Below are positions 29,400 through 38,940 of a stretch of 64,000 bases of DNA, in pieces; the stretch's first letter is position 1, and every line of letters starts with the position of its first letter. The stretch comes from Candidatus Eiseniibacteriota bacterium (GTDB lineage Bacteria; Joyebacterota; Joyebacteria; Joyebacterales; Joyebacteraceae). The stretch is taken from positions 31,002 to 95,001 of the forward strand of contig JBDRFG010000107.1 in NCBI GenBank assembly GCA_043819135.1, given 5' to 3'. The translations under genes were made by a program, and so were the position numbers. The notes under the pieces are model-generated. The model saw only the letters and a list, made by a program, of their open reading frames with translations. It was not told where the DNA came from and searched no databases.

Positions 29400-32300
29400 C
29401 AGTATTCCCTCTGGGCCTTGACTATGAGGAAGATGCGCTCGACTTCATCTTCACTCCGTAGAACATCGTAGAGTGCTCTCTTGATGACCTGCTCACGGGC
29501 TTGAACACCGCGCCATCCGTCCGGTTTCGACTTCCTGACCGCTTCGTCAATCCGCAGAGCCAGCTCCAGCACCTCGTCGTCGTTCCCCGCGCCGTAATTC
29601 TCAGGGGGTTCGCGGACTCCCCCAGTGTCACCGGACAATCTCCCTCTTCGCAGGTTGTTGTAGATCGCCCTCTTCCCGGGTGTGTCTAGTCTCTCGGGGG
29701 TGCCCTCCCCTATTCCGGCACTCACCTTCTCGGCTAGTTCCGAGATGTGCTTCAGATACTCCTCATACTCAATGGCTTTGGCCTTCCGTAGCTCGATGAC
29801 TTCCTGCAACTGTGTTGACATCTTCTCGAAGAAGGCCGGGTCGCTAAGGTGCTCCCTGATGATCGTCCTGCGGACATTGTTCTCAATGGTCTCAGCGATG
29901 GCATTCTCATTACCCTTCAAGTCGCCAAGCCGAGACGTGATGGCATCGGCAATACCGGTCTTCACAATCAGCTCCAGTAGACCCATGTCGTCGAAGGGTG
30001 AGATCTTCCTAGGCTCGTCCGCCTCAATGTAGGTGTCGATAAGGTGCCGCATGTCGGCCTCGTAAGCCTTGAGGTCCAGGCTCTCGCCGCTCGCTTTGCG
30101 GATGATCTCGCGAACGTCAAGGTAGTGGTCAACCTGTCGTCTGATTCGGCTGACATCGCCACCGCCATACCCGGCGGGCTCCAATTCGTCAGCGATGTTG
30201 GCAAAGGCGCGCATAAGGGCCACGGTCGCCTTGTAGAGCGCTGCCCGCTGCGGCTCTCGTTCCTGAAGGTCCGCCGGAATCTCCGTGTTGCCGCAGAAGT
30301 AGTGGATGTGCTCCAGCTCGCCCTTGGGTGGCTCCACCGATTCGCACATCAGAGCGAGGACTTCCAGAGCGTTATCGAGCCGCTCCTTCCCCTTCTTGAG
30401 GCGGTCCTGCAGCAGCACCTCGGGATCGGCACCGCCCGCGCTGTGGTCCAGCTCGGAGGTGTAGACAGCGATAGCATTCTCGACCTTCTTGAAGAGATCC
30501 TTGTAGTCCACGATGTGGCCGAAGTCCTTGTCCTCCCCGTCCAAGCGGTTGACGCGGCAGATGGCCTGGAACAGGCCGTGATCCTGCATGGACTTGTCAA
30601 TGTACAGATAGGTGCAGGGGGGGGCGTCGAAGCCGGTAAGCAGCTTGTCCACCACGATGAGCAGCTTCATGTTCGCCGGCTCCTTGGTGAACAGCGCTTT
30701 GGCCCACTCTTCATAGGTCTCGGTCTTGGTCATGCCTGGCTTGGCCTCGACGTCCTGCAGCAGCTCGGAGTAGGTATTATAGATGAACTGCTTGCCTGTC
30801 TCGGTGTTGGTCCCGGTCTCTTCCAGCGTCACGTCCCTGGCTTGCGGATTGTAGGAGGTCACGACAGCGCACTGACCCTTGAGCGGGGTCTTCTGGAACA
30901 AGTCGAAGTACTTGCACGCCTCGTAGATACTGGAGGCCACCAGGATTGCGTTGCCGCGCCCGCTGGACAGACGAGGCTTCACGCCGAAATCAAAGAAGAT
31001 GTCGTTCACCACGCGGTCCATGCGCGATCGGGAACTGAGCACGTTCTGCATTGTGCCCCACCGTCTCTTAAGCTCAGCCTTCTGCCAGTCGTTCAGCCCT
31101 CTCGTCTTGGCATCAAACCAAGCGTCGATCTTCTCTTCGGAACCGAGCCGCTGGTCGATGTCCCGCGCCTCATAGACTAGATCCAGTACGACCCCATCCT
31201 GCACGCCTTCGCTGAATTTGTAGGTGTGGATGTAGTTACCGAACACTTCCAAGCTGCTCTGTGCGTCCTTCTTCAGCAGCGGGGTGCCGGTGAAGCCGAT
31301 GAACACTGCGTTGGGCATCAGGGCCTTCATAGCCCGGTGCAGCTTACCACCCTGCGTGCGGTGGCACTCGTCCACGAAGACGAAGATCTCGCCCACGGTC
31401 TGGCTGTGCTGGGCCTCCAGTTCCTTGATGAAGGCGTCGAAGTCGTCAACGTCCCTGCGTCCGAACTTGTGTACCAGCGAGCAGAGAAGGCGCGGCTTGG
31501 CCTGGCCGAGCTGGCTCATGAGGTCGCGGCCGCTTCGGGTGCGCTTAATCGCCTCGCCCACCTCGGTGAAGACACCCTCAATCTGTTTGTCCAACTCGTC
31601 GCGGTCAGTGATGATGGCGACCCGGGCGTTGGGGTTACTCTCCAAGATCCACTTAGCGAGCAGCACCATCACGATGCTCTTGCCGCTGCCCTGCGTGTGC
31701 CAGATGATGCCGCCTTTCTTCTCACGCGCATGCGCCTGCGCGGCCTTGACGCCGAAGTACTGATGCACGCGCGGCAGCTTCTTCACACCGCCGTCGAAAA
31801 GCACGAAGTCGTACATCAGTTCGATGAGTCGGTCCTTTCCGCACATCCTCAAGAGGTACTTGTCCAGTTTGAACCGGCTATCGTCCGCTTCGTCTTCCTT
31901 CCACTTCATGAAGTACTTCTCCGGCGTCCCGATGGCGCCGTACCGCAGACCTTCAGAGTCATTCCCCGCGAAGATGAACTGCACTGTGCTGAAGAACCAG
32001 GCGTTGAACTCCGATTGCTGGTTCGAGAGGCTCTGGCGGATGCCTTCGCATATGCTCACGCGGCTGTTCTTCAGCTCGAGCACCCCAACGGCGATGCCAT
32101 TCACATACAGGACGATGTCGGGTCGCCGCTCATGATCCCCCTTGAGCGTCACCTCCTCGGCGATGGCGAAGTCGTTCTTATCCGGCTCCCGCCAATTGAC
32201 GATGTGGACGGTCTCAGTCAGCTTGCCAGCCTCGATCTTCACGGGAACGCCGTAGCGCAGCAAGTTGTAGACGGCCTGGTTGTTGCCGTAGAGCGTACGA

Positions 32301-32521
32301 CTGTGGTTGTCCGCCTCCGCACGAAGCCTATAGAGAGCAGCGGCTATCTGCGCGGGCGTGTAGCCGCTCTTGGTCAGCCACTCCGATATCAGACCCTCCT
32401 CGATGTTGCTGTTGCCGTCTCGGTAGGTCCAGTCGCCGAGGTAGCGGTAGCCCAGTTCGTCGCTGAGGAGAGCTACAACCCTGTCCTGCGTAGCGCGTTC
32501 GGGTCGGCCGAGGGTGCTCAT
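29399..32521 (-). CDS. hsdR: Type I restriction endonuclease subunit R
   Basis: RPDIVLYVNGI-ELK, WHTQGSGKS, DECHR, FTGTP, LLTGFDAP, QAICRVNR. Confidence 0.97.
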   Translation of the reverse strand: MSTLGRPERATQDRVVALLSDELGYRYLGDWTYRDGNSNIEEGLISEWLTKSGYTPAQIAAALYRLRAEADNHSRTLYGNNQAVYNLLRYGVPVKIEAGKLTETVHIVNWREPDKNDFAIAEEVTLKGDHERRPDIVLYVNGIAVGVLELKNSRVSICEGIRQSLSNQQSEFNAWFFSTVQFIFAGNDSEGLRYGAIGTPEKYFMKWKEDEADDSRFKLDKYLLRMCGKDRLIELMYDFVLFDGGVKKLPRVHQYFGVKAAQAHAREKKGGIIWHTQGSGKSIVMVLLAKWILESNPNARVAIITDRDELDKQIEGVFTEVGEAIKRTRSGRDLMSQLGQAKPRLLCSLVHKFGRRDVDDFDAFIKELEAQHSQTVGEIFVFVDECHRTQGGKLHRAMKALMPNAVFIGFTGTPLLKKDAQSSLEVFGNYIHTYKFSEGVQDGVVLDLVYEARDIDQRLGSEEKIDAWFDAKTRGLNDWQKAELKRRWGTMQNVLSSRSRMDRVVNDIFFDFGVKPRLSSGRGNAILVASSIYEACKYFDLFQKTPLKGQCAVVTSYNPQARDVTLEETGTNTETGKQFIYNTYSELLQDVEAKPGMTKTETYEEWAKALFTKEPANMKLLIVVDKLLTGFDAPPCTYLYIDKSMQDHGLFQAICRVNRLDGEDKDFGHIVDYKDLFKKVENAIAVYTSELDHSAGGADPEVLLQDRLKKGKERLDNALEVLALMCESVEPPKGELEHIHYFCGNTEIPADLQEREPQRAALYKATVALMRAFANIADELEPAGYGGGDVSRIRRQVDHYLDVREIIRKASGESLDLKAYEADMRHLIDTYIEADEPRKISPFDDMGLLELIVKTGIADAITSRLGDLKGNENAIAETIENNVRRTIIREHLSDPAFFEKMSTQLQEVIELRKAKAIEYEEYLKHISELAEKVSAGIGEGTPERLDTPGKRAIYNNLRRGRLSGDTGGVREPPENYGAGNDDEVLELALRIDEAVRKSKPDGWRGVQAREQVIKRALYDVLRSEDEVERIFLIVKAQREY

Positions 32522-33714
32522 ACGAGACGAATCCTCCCCGTGAGCAGTTCCTGCATCATGCCCTGCTTGAGGTTGCGCGCCTTCGTGAGCTTCGCTTCCA
32601 GTGCAGCGATACCGTCGTCCATGTCGGAAAGGACGGCAGCTATGGCGGTCTGTTCGTCTTCGCTCCGAGGCATCTCGATGCCAAACCCCTTCACATCCGT
32701 TGAGTTGACGGAATCAAACGTCGAACCCCTAGAGAGCCTCGCCCAAGCAGGCTCTTTGGCGATTAGGGCGTGGTAGAGGAAGTCGTTTGCGTGGCGGATG
32801 GCACACACGCCTCGACCGAGGCAGACATCGAACAAGGCGCGCGAGATGCCTCCCACTGGAGCACGAACAGACATAAGGATGTCGCCACACCGACCTCTCT
32901 TGGTGATCTCGGCTGTAAACACTCGTTTGATGGTCCTGCGGTTTCTGATGTCCGCGTTTCCCTGAATCAAAGGCAGTCCTTCACCCCTGTTGTTGTAGTG
33001 TCTTGAGCTTGGCGACTGACCCATTACGATTTCGGCCACTTCCCCCAGCGGCTTCGACACCCACTCCCCGCCGAAACCCAACAGGCGCTTCTTGCCGGTG
33101 AGTAGCTCCTGCATCGCGCCGTACTTGATATGACGCTTCTTGGTGAGTAGCTGCTCCAAGGACTCAATCAGGGTATCCGCATCGCTCAGCGCCTCAGTGA
33201 TGGCTTCTTGCTCGGCTTTCGTGGGAGGGAGTGGAATGGGGACTGTCTCGAGCTTGTCTTTGGGAAGATGAGCAATGCTTGTTTGCGTGACGAAGCTTAG
33301 CAGAGACCCATTTGACGCGAGCCGCAGGAGAACATAGTGCATCAGCGTGACGCTGTATTCGCGTCTCGGTCTTAGACGATGCAACGCCTTCTGGTAGTAG
33401 CACTCCTCAATAGGCTCACGCCAAACCGCACAACGCCCAACCTCTCCTCCCTCGCAGACAAGTAGATCACCGGCACGAAGCCTGAAACGCAGAAGATCGG
33501 ATGGTGTCAGCTTGACAACACCAAGATCAACTACGTCAATCCGCCCCCATTGAACAGCACGGTTGCCCAAGAAGGGCTTCGGTACGCCAACGTTCTTCTG
33601 AGAATCGAGCATCTTGCCCAGCTGGATGGAGAACTCGGCGCCAACCTCCGTGACCTCCCAATCCTCCGGGATCAGCCCTACCTCTGTCCGCTTGAATCCG
33701 GCTATCACTTCCAT
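32518..33714 (-). CDS. hsdS: Type I RM specificity subunit
   Basis: IPEDW, EQEAITEALSD / EQTAIAAVLSD, two MQELLTG repeats. Confidence 0.95.
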   Translation of the reverse strand: MEVIAGFKRTEVGLIPEDWEVTEVGAEFSIQLGKMLDSQKNVGVPKPFLGNRAVQWGRIDVVDLGVVKLTPSDLLRFRLRAGDLLVCEGGEVGRCAVWREPIEECYYQKALHRLRPRREYSVTLMHYVLLRLASNGSLLSFVTQTSIAHLPKDKLETVPIPLPPTKAEQEAITEALSDADTLIESLEQLLTKKRHIKYGAMQELLTGKKRLLGFGGEWVSKPLGEVAEIVMGQSPSSRHYNNRGEGLPLIQGNADIRNRRTIKRVFTAEITKRGRCGDILMSVRAPVGGISRALFDVCLGRGVCAIRHANDFLYHALIAKEPAWARLSRGSTFDSVNSTDVKGFGIEMPRSEDEQTAIAAVLSDMDDGIAALEAKLTKARNLKQGMMQELLTGRIRLV

Positions 33715-36410
33715 GAGAAGCCCATCTTCTCGAGGTGACGGTTCACCTTGGCCTCCAGGTCGGCCACGCGGCTCACCATCTGCGGCAACGGGTCTTCGTA
33801 GCGTTCGGCCAGTTCCCTAACGCGGAGGGCAAGTTGCCGGCTGACGCGATTCATCTCACCCCGTACGGCGACATCGAGTGCAGTGAGCCACTTGTCGTCC
33901 GCAACCAGCATCTTTGTCTGAGACTCGGTGAGCTCCGGATACCTAGCGTAGACCCGAGCGTCTAGGTCGGCCCTGGCCTCCTTGATGCGCTTCCTGAGAT
34001 CGGCCTCGTCGGCATTGAGCTTCAGCAACTCGCTGAGCACCTTGAGTTCGACAAGTTCCTCGTTGTCTGGATCCCGCTGAAGGAGGAGAGCGATCTCTTT
34101 CTGCGCACTCTCAAACAGCCGTTTCGTTTCCACCTTTGAATCCCGTGCGGCTTCGGCGGCGTCAAGATACTCGCTCAGAGTGCTTCTCTCAGCCGAGTTC
34201 TGCGTTGACTTCGCCCTCTTGCTGACCGCCGCCTTGGTGATATTGCCCCTGCTATTCCTCAACGCCTGCAGGCGGGAGTCATCCTTCAGCTCTGCGACTC
34301 GAAGCGCGTTCGCCTCTCGCAGTTCGGTGGCTTTGCGGAACGCATCATACTCACCAGGGTTGAATCTGCTCCAGGCAGACTCCAGTGCCTCGTTCCACGC
34401 CGCTTGGGCATCGGTCTTGTTGGCAACCGTACAGAGAATGCCCTCATCCCCACCGTGCTCTTCCTCCAGCTCAGTGATCTTCGCGGTGATGTCCTCCAAA
34501 TCGGCCGCGAGTTGATCGATGTCTTCCTGCTCGCTGGCAAAGTAGCGGGCGACAATGAGAGCCTTGGGAATGAGGTCACAAGTCCAACCCTTGTCCCTCT
34601 CCTTGCCCTTCTTGTCCGTGACAAGGACACGCGTGGTTTCGGCCTGCCATCCGTCGGCGGCGACGAGGTAGCAGTCATCCTGCATGGTCTCGTCCCAGTA
34701 GTCCATCAGGCACTGATAGATGTCGTAGGGATCGACGAGTGACTTGCCAGCATAGTGGGCAAGCAGGCCCTCGGACAGTGCAGTGATGACCTCCTTGGGA
34801 TGGCAGTCGACCGTCAACGCCTTGAGCGGCGCGGCGTTCGTCCGCCGCCACGCGGCGAAGTGAGCGTTCATGTCAGCGGCGAACGAGGTGAATTCGGGGT
34901 GCTCATAGATGGCGGACTCGATGTCCGGCTTCTCCAAGCAGAGATTGACGTAGCCGGGGCGGCTTTCTTCGAATAGGGTGTGCCGGAGCTGCGGGCAGAC
35001 GGCCCAGTAGTGCTGCAGCGCGTCGATTTCGGCTGCGGGGATGCCGCCCTGTAGGTGGCCTGCGATGTCCTGCAGGTCCTCGGGAGTCTGGCTGTCGATG
35101 TAGCGCGGCAGGTTGAGGTTGAACTCGTTTTGCTCGATCTCCGTGAAGGGGACCATGCGCGAGTACTTCGGGACGTCGAGTCGTTTGTTGAAGACATCCA
35201 CAATCTTGTGTATGTCCCGGGAGCGCAGACGGTTCTTCGGACCTTCCTTCATGAAGCCGCCGCTGGCATCAATCATGAAGATGCCCTTGCTGGCCTGGGC
35301 GTCCTTCTTGTCTATGACCACGATGCAGGCGGGAATACCGGTGCCGTAGAAGAGGTTGACGGGCAGGCCGATGATGCCCCTGATGTAGCCCTTGCGCACG
35401 AGAGCGCGGCGGATGTCGGCTTCGGCGTTGCCGCGAAACAGCACACCGTGAGGCAGGATGCACGCACCCTTGCCGGTGCTCTTCAGGGAGCGGACGATGT
35501 GCAACAGGTAGGCGTAGTCACCCTGTCTAGTGGGCGGCACGCCAAAGGACTTGAAGCGCTCGAAGGGGTCACTCCGAGGATCGAGGCCGTTGCTCCAGCG
35601 CTTGTCGGAGAAGGGCGGATTAGCGACGACGTAGTCGAAGGTCTTGAGAGTGTCGCCGTCCTTGAACTTGGGATTGGCCAGCGTGTTGCCCTGCGCGATC
35701 AACGCGGTCGGGTTGTTGTGCAGGATCATGTTCATCCGTGCGAGGCCGCTGGTGGCTTCGTCTTTCTCCTGCCCGTAGAGCGTGACGGCAGTGCCAGCCT
35801 CGTCGCCAACCTTCAGAAGCAGCGAACCTGAACCGCAGGTGGGGTCGTACACGGTGGTGGAGGCGCTGGTCTCCGCGTCTCGGATGCCGCTGATCTGCGC
35901 CATGATGCGGCTGACCTCGGCGGGAGTGTAGAACTGCCCCTTGCTCTTGCCGCTTTCGGTGGCGAAGTGGCGCATCAGATACTCGTAGGCGTCACCCAAG
36001 ATGTCATCGTCGTCAGCTCGGTTCTTGGAGAAATCGAGCGCGGGGTTCTCGAAGATGGCGACGAGGTTTGTGAGCCTGTCCACCTTCTCCTTGCCGCTGC
36101 CGAGCTTGGCGGCGTCATTGAAGTCCGGGAAACCGGAGAGCTTGTTGACATTGGCCAGTGGGGCGATGATCTTCTTGTTGATCTGGTCGCCGATGTCGCT
36201 CTTGCCCTTCAGGGCGACCATGTCCGCGAAGCTGGCGCCGGGCGGGATTGTGATAGGCGCGTATCGCTGACCGGCGTACTTGTCACTGACGTACTTGATG
36301 AAGAGCAGAACGAGGACGTAGTCCTTGTACTGGCTCGCATCCATGCCGCCGCGGAGCTCGTCGCAGCTCTGCCACAGAGAGCTATAGAGCTCGGATTTCT
36401 TCAGGGCCAT
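33705..36410 (-). CDS. hsdM: Type I RM methyltransferase subunit, long form
   Basis: GQFYTP, YDPTCGSGSLL, VANPPF, LPHGVLFRG. Confidence 0.97.
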   Translation of the reverse strand: MALKKSELYSSLWQSCDELRGGMDASQYKDYVLVLLFIKYVSDKYAGQRYAPITIPPGASFADMVALKGKSDIGDQINKKIIAPLANVNKLSGFPDFNDAAKLGSGKEKVDRLTNLVAIFENPALDFSKNRADDDDILGDAYEYLMRHFATESGKSKGQFYTPAEVSRIMAQISGIRDAETSASTTVYDPTCGSGSLLLKVGDEAGTAVTLYGQEKDEATSGLARMNMILHNNPTALIAQGNTLANPKFKDGDTLKTFDYVVANPPFSDKRWSNGLDPRSDPFERFKSFGVPPTRQGDYAYLLHIVRSLKSTGKGACILPHGVLFRGNAEADIRRALVRKGYIRGIIGLPVNLFYGTGIPACIVVIDKKDAQASKGIFMIDASGGFMKEGPKNRLRSRDIHKIVDVFNKRLDVPKYSRMVPFTEIEQNEFNLNLPRYIDSQTPEDLQDIAGHLQGGIPAAEIDALQHYWAVCPQLRHTLFEESRPGYVNLCLEKPDIESAIYEHPEFTSFAADMNAHFAAWRRTNAAPLKALTVDCHPKEVITALSEGLLAHYAGKSLVDPYDIYQCLMDYWDETMQDDCYLVAADGWQAETTRVLVTDKKGKERDKGWTCDLIPKALIVARYFASEQEDIDQLAADLEDITAKITELEEEHGGDEGILCTVANKTDAQAAWNEALESAWSRFNPGEYDAFRKATELREANALRVAELKDDSRLQALRNSRGNITKAAVSKRAKSTQNSAERSTLSEYLDAAEAARDSKVETKRLFESAQKEIALLLQRDPDNEELVELKVLSELLKLNADEADLRKRIKEARADLDARVYARYPELTESQTKMLVADDKWLTALDVAVRGEMNRVSRQLALRVRELAERYEDPLPQMVSRVADLEAKVNRHLEKMGFSWK

Positions 36411-36718
36411 GTGCGATTCGCTCCTAGGACGGCGGGTCCTTGTGTCGTGTCCCTAGATTCGACGGCGTCTGACCTGTTGAGGAGCTTCAGATCTTGTCCG
36501 CATCTCGGCGACTTCCTATCGGAAACGATACCAGCCGCTGATGCTCTGCTTCAATCTGACTGCTTCACAAGTCGAGTTCAGCTCCCATAGCGGCTGTTGT
36601 TAGCGCTCGGCTCTCATCTTGCGCAAGCCAGAGCCCTGGATGACCTGTCTCCCGATTATATGCCCCCCACCTTCTGGTTGTCGAGTCTGTCCGGAGGTGC
36701 TACCACCCGCACGTCGCT

Positions 36719-37576
36719 TCAGGATTCTCCGAGCAACCTGCTGATCCAGAGCAGGGACTCAGGGTAGTCCTCGGCATCCAGCACAAACTCCTGTCCTCTT
36801 CCGACCGTACGCAGCCTCACCCATTCGCCAAGCTCCTCCCAGCGGCCGCGAGACGCATGATAGCTCAGCACCGAGTTCCGCCCACGTGGGCTGAACCACG
36901 CCGGCAGCTTCCACACGCTCCGCGTCTGCCCGGGTTCCGTCAGCTGCAGCCTCGGGCTGTAGTCCCCAAGGATCCCTGCCCCGTGGACACCTACGTCGCG
37001 ACCGTCGACTGTGGCTTGGGCAGCCGAAACGTAGACCACGTCCTTCGAAGGGTGCGTCTTGCGACTCGCGTGAGGATGGTACCTCGCCCAGGCCGGCATT
37101 ACGCCTGTGTCCGCAGCGCTCACGACTCTGTCAACCTGGAGCCACCCAAACAGCATGTGAATATCGGGAGACCCGGAAGCGTATCTGAGTTCCCCTTTGA
37201 AGAGCTCTGTCTGTCTGAACCATCCGTAGAACAGGAACAGATCTCCGGCGCCCACTCCCATTCCCTCCAGATGGCTTTGGGCGGAGCCCGATTGCCCGAA
37301 CAGAGGGCGCCAGCCAACTTCTCTCTCCAGGCTGTTGCTGTCGAGGTCAGGATCCAAGTGCGCCAGGCTGTCTGCTGGGACTCTGCCTCGAGAGAGTCTC
37401 TCGACGACCGCACCTAGGTCAAATCCGTCACACGAGATGGAGCTAAAGGGTACCGAGCCCGAGTCCTCTGACCGGTCTGGAATCGGAAGTGAGCACAGTC
37501 GTCCGGATGGCAGAATGGGACTTGGAATCCCGCCGGAAGATGAGTCGAATCCCTTCCTGCTGAGGATGATCTTCAT
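36719..37576 (-). CDS. Nucleotide modification-associated domain 3 (Nmad3) protein
   Basis: MKIILSRKGFDS...PSPI...LPIP, HLDPDL, GDLFLFYGWF, RGQEFV. Confidence 0.8.
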   Translation of the reverse strand: MKIILSRKGFDSSSGGIPSPILPSGRLCSLPIPDRSEDSGSVPFSSISCDGFDLGAVVERLSRGRVPADSLAHLDPDLDSNSLEREVGWRPLFGQSGSAQSHLEGMGVGAGDLFLFYGWFRQTELFKGELRYASGSPDIHMLFGWLQVDRVVSAADTGVMPAWARYHPHASRKTHPSKDVVYVSAAQATVDGRDVGVHGAGILGDYSPRLQLTEPGQTRSVWKLPAWFSPRGRNSVLSYHASRGRWEELGEWVRLRTVGRGQEFVLDAEDYPESLLWISRLLGES

Positions 37577-38136
37577 CCGCTGCAACGCCTCTTCCTATGG
37601 ACTTGAAGTGACGACTCCAGACCGTCCCCGCAGGGTGCTCCGTGCTGACCGATCTCCCAACTAGACTCAAGCCAGCCGGCGAAGTCGCGTATGAACTCCT
37701 CTGTGAAGTCGCTGCGATGTCCTGGCCCGCGTTTCTCGAAGGGATGACGGAGGTTCCCTGCAGGCAAGCCACTCAGGTCGGGTGCGTTGCGGCCGAAGTA
37801 GTAGAAGAAGGAGGAGATTAGCGCGTAGCGCTCATGCAAATGTGCGTCTCTCGCCTCGTTGTCTCTCCGTCCTCTGAACCTAGCGTCTTGGTGGTACTCT
37901 CTGAGTGTTGGCTTCTCCTCGACGCGCATCGCGTATATGAGCTTGCCATGTCCCGCACTTACTCGTAAGTCTGCTCCACTAGTTCCCGCGACCCAATCGC
38001 CGACTTCTGCAAGCTCTATGATGTTCTTCCGGCCTCGGCGGCCACACTTGCACTTCGCGAGCGTGCAGAATCCTCCCGCAGGGTTTGGGGCATATCCGAA
38101 GTCGTGCTGAACGACATATGAGAAGAGCTTCGACAC
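37573..38136 (-). CDS. Nucleotide modification-associated domain 2 (Nmad2) protein
   Basis: FSYVVQHDFGYAPNP..CTLAKCK, GDWVAG, LIYAMRV, FYYFG; ATGA overlap with Nmad3. Confidence 0.8.
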   Translation of the reverse strand: MSKLFSYVVQHDFGYAPNPAGGFCTLAKCKCGRRGRKNIIELAEVGDWVAGTSGADLRVSAGHGKLIYAMRVEEKPTLREYHQDARFRGRRDNEARDAHLHERYALISSFFYYFGRNAPDLSGLPAGNLRHPFEKRGPGHRSDFTEEFIRDFAGWLESSWEIGQHGAPCGDGLESSLQVHRKRRCSG

Positions 38137-38940
38137 CGCGCTTTCCGTTGTCAGGATTCGGTCCAGCCTACTCGTCTTCTTCGGGAAGCAGAGTCCTCTC
38201 TTTGCTGCCCTGCTCTCCCATCCGCTCAGCCCACAGCGCCCTAGCGCACAGGCGCGCAAACAAGCGCTCTGCTGCTAGCAGGTCCGCTGGTTCGTCCACG
38301 TGTATGCACTTCAAGCGTCGCCGGATAGAGAATCTGTCCGATGCGCTAGACACTCCTGTCCCCCCTCCGTCCGAGGGTGAGTTCGGCTGCCGCCACAGGT
38401 CCGAGCAACGCTCCACTTGGCAGAAGACCCAATCGTCCCATTAGCTGCGCAGCCAATCCGTGGTGAAGTCACACTGCGGAATCAGCGGCGGCAAGCGGAG
38501 CACGATCAATACACGAACAGCTTGGCCAGTGTCGGCCGTATTGGAGTCACCGGTTCCGACACCCCCACGATTACGGCGGTGCGGGTGAGAAAGCGACCAG
38601 CTCGTGGGATCGCCAGTCCGGCTCCTCGCGGCTGGGGAAGAAGCTGGTCCAGCATGTTCAGCTCTGAGATGAGGTTGCTCTGGGAACCGCGCTCCACAAG
38701 GCACTGGGACTCGAAGAGACACATCGAACGCGCGGCTGCCTAGTGGAGTCCTTCACAATCGTGGGGGAGCGAGTCTCAGCCGGAGAAGCCGCTTCCGTAG
38801 CGTCATGGGCAAGAGCGAGCACAATCCCTCATGTGGCACAGAACTCAAGCATCGACAAAGCCGCTCCTGTTGCTGCACTGACAGGTACCCTCTGCACCTC
38901 TTCATCTTTCGGCTCAATCCTAGTGAGTCCCTTCTCCCAT

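Noticed and set aside
36411..36718. attC-like site upstream of hsdM (GCTAAC at ~36598-36603, minus strand)
   Set aside because: No matching GTTRRRY or convincing stem
38140..38940. Short ORFs or pseudogene between the peptidase and Nmad2
   Set aside because: No recognisable motif or RBS; left unannotated
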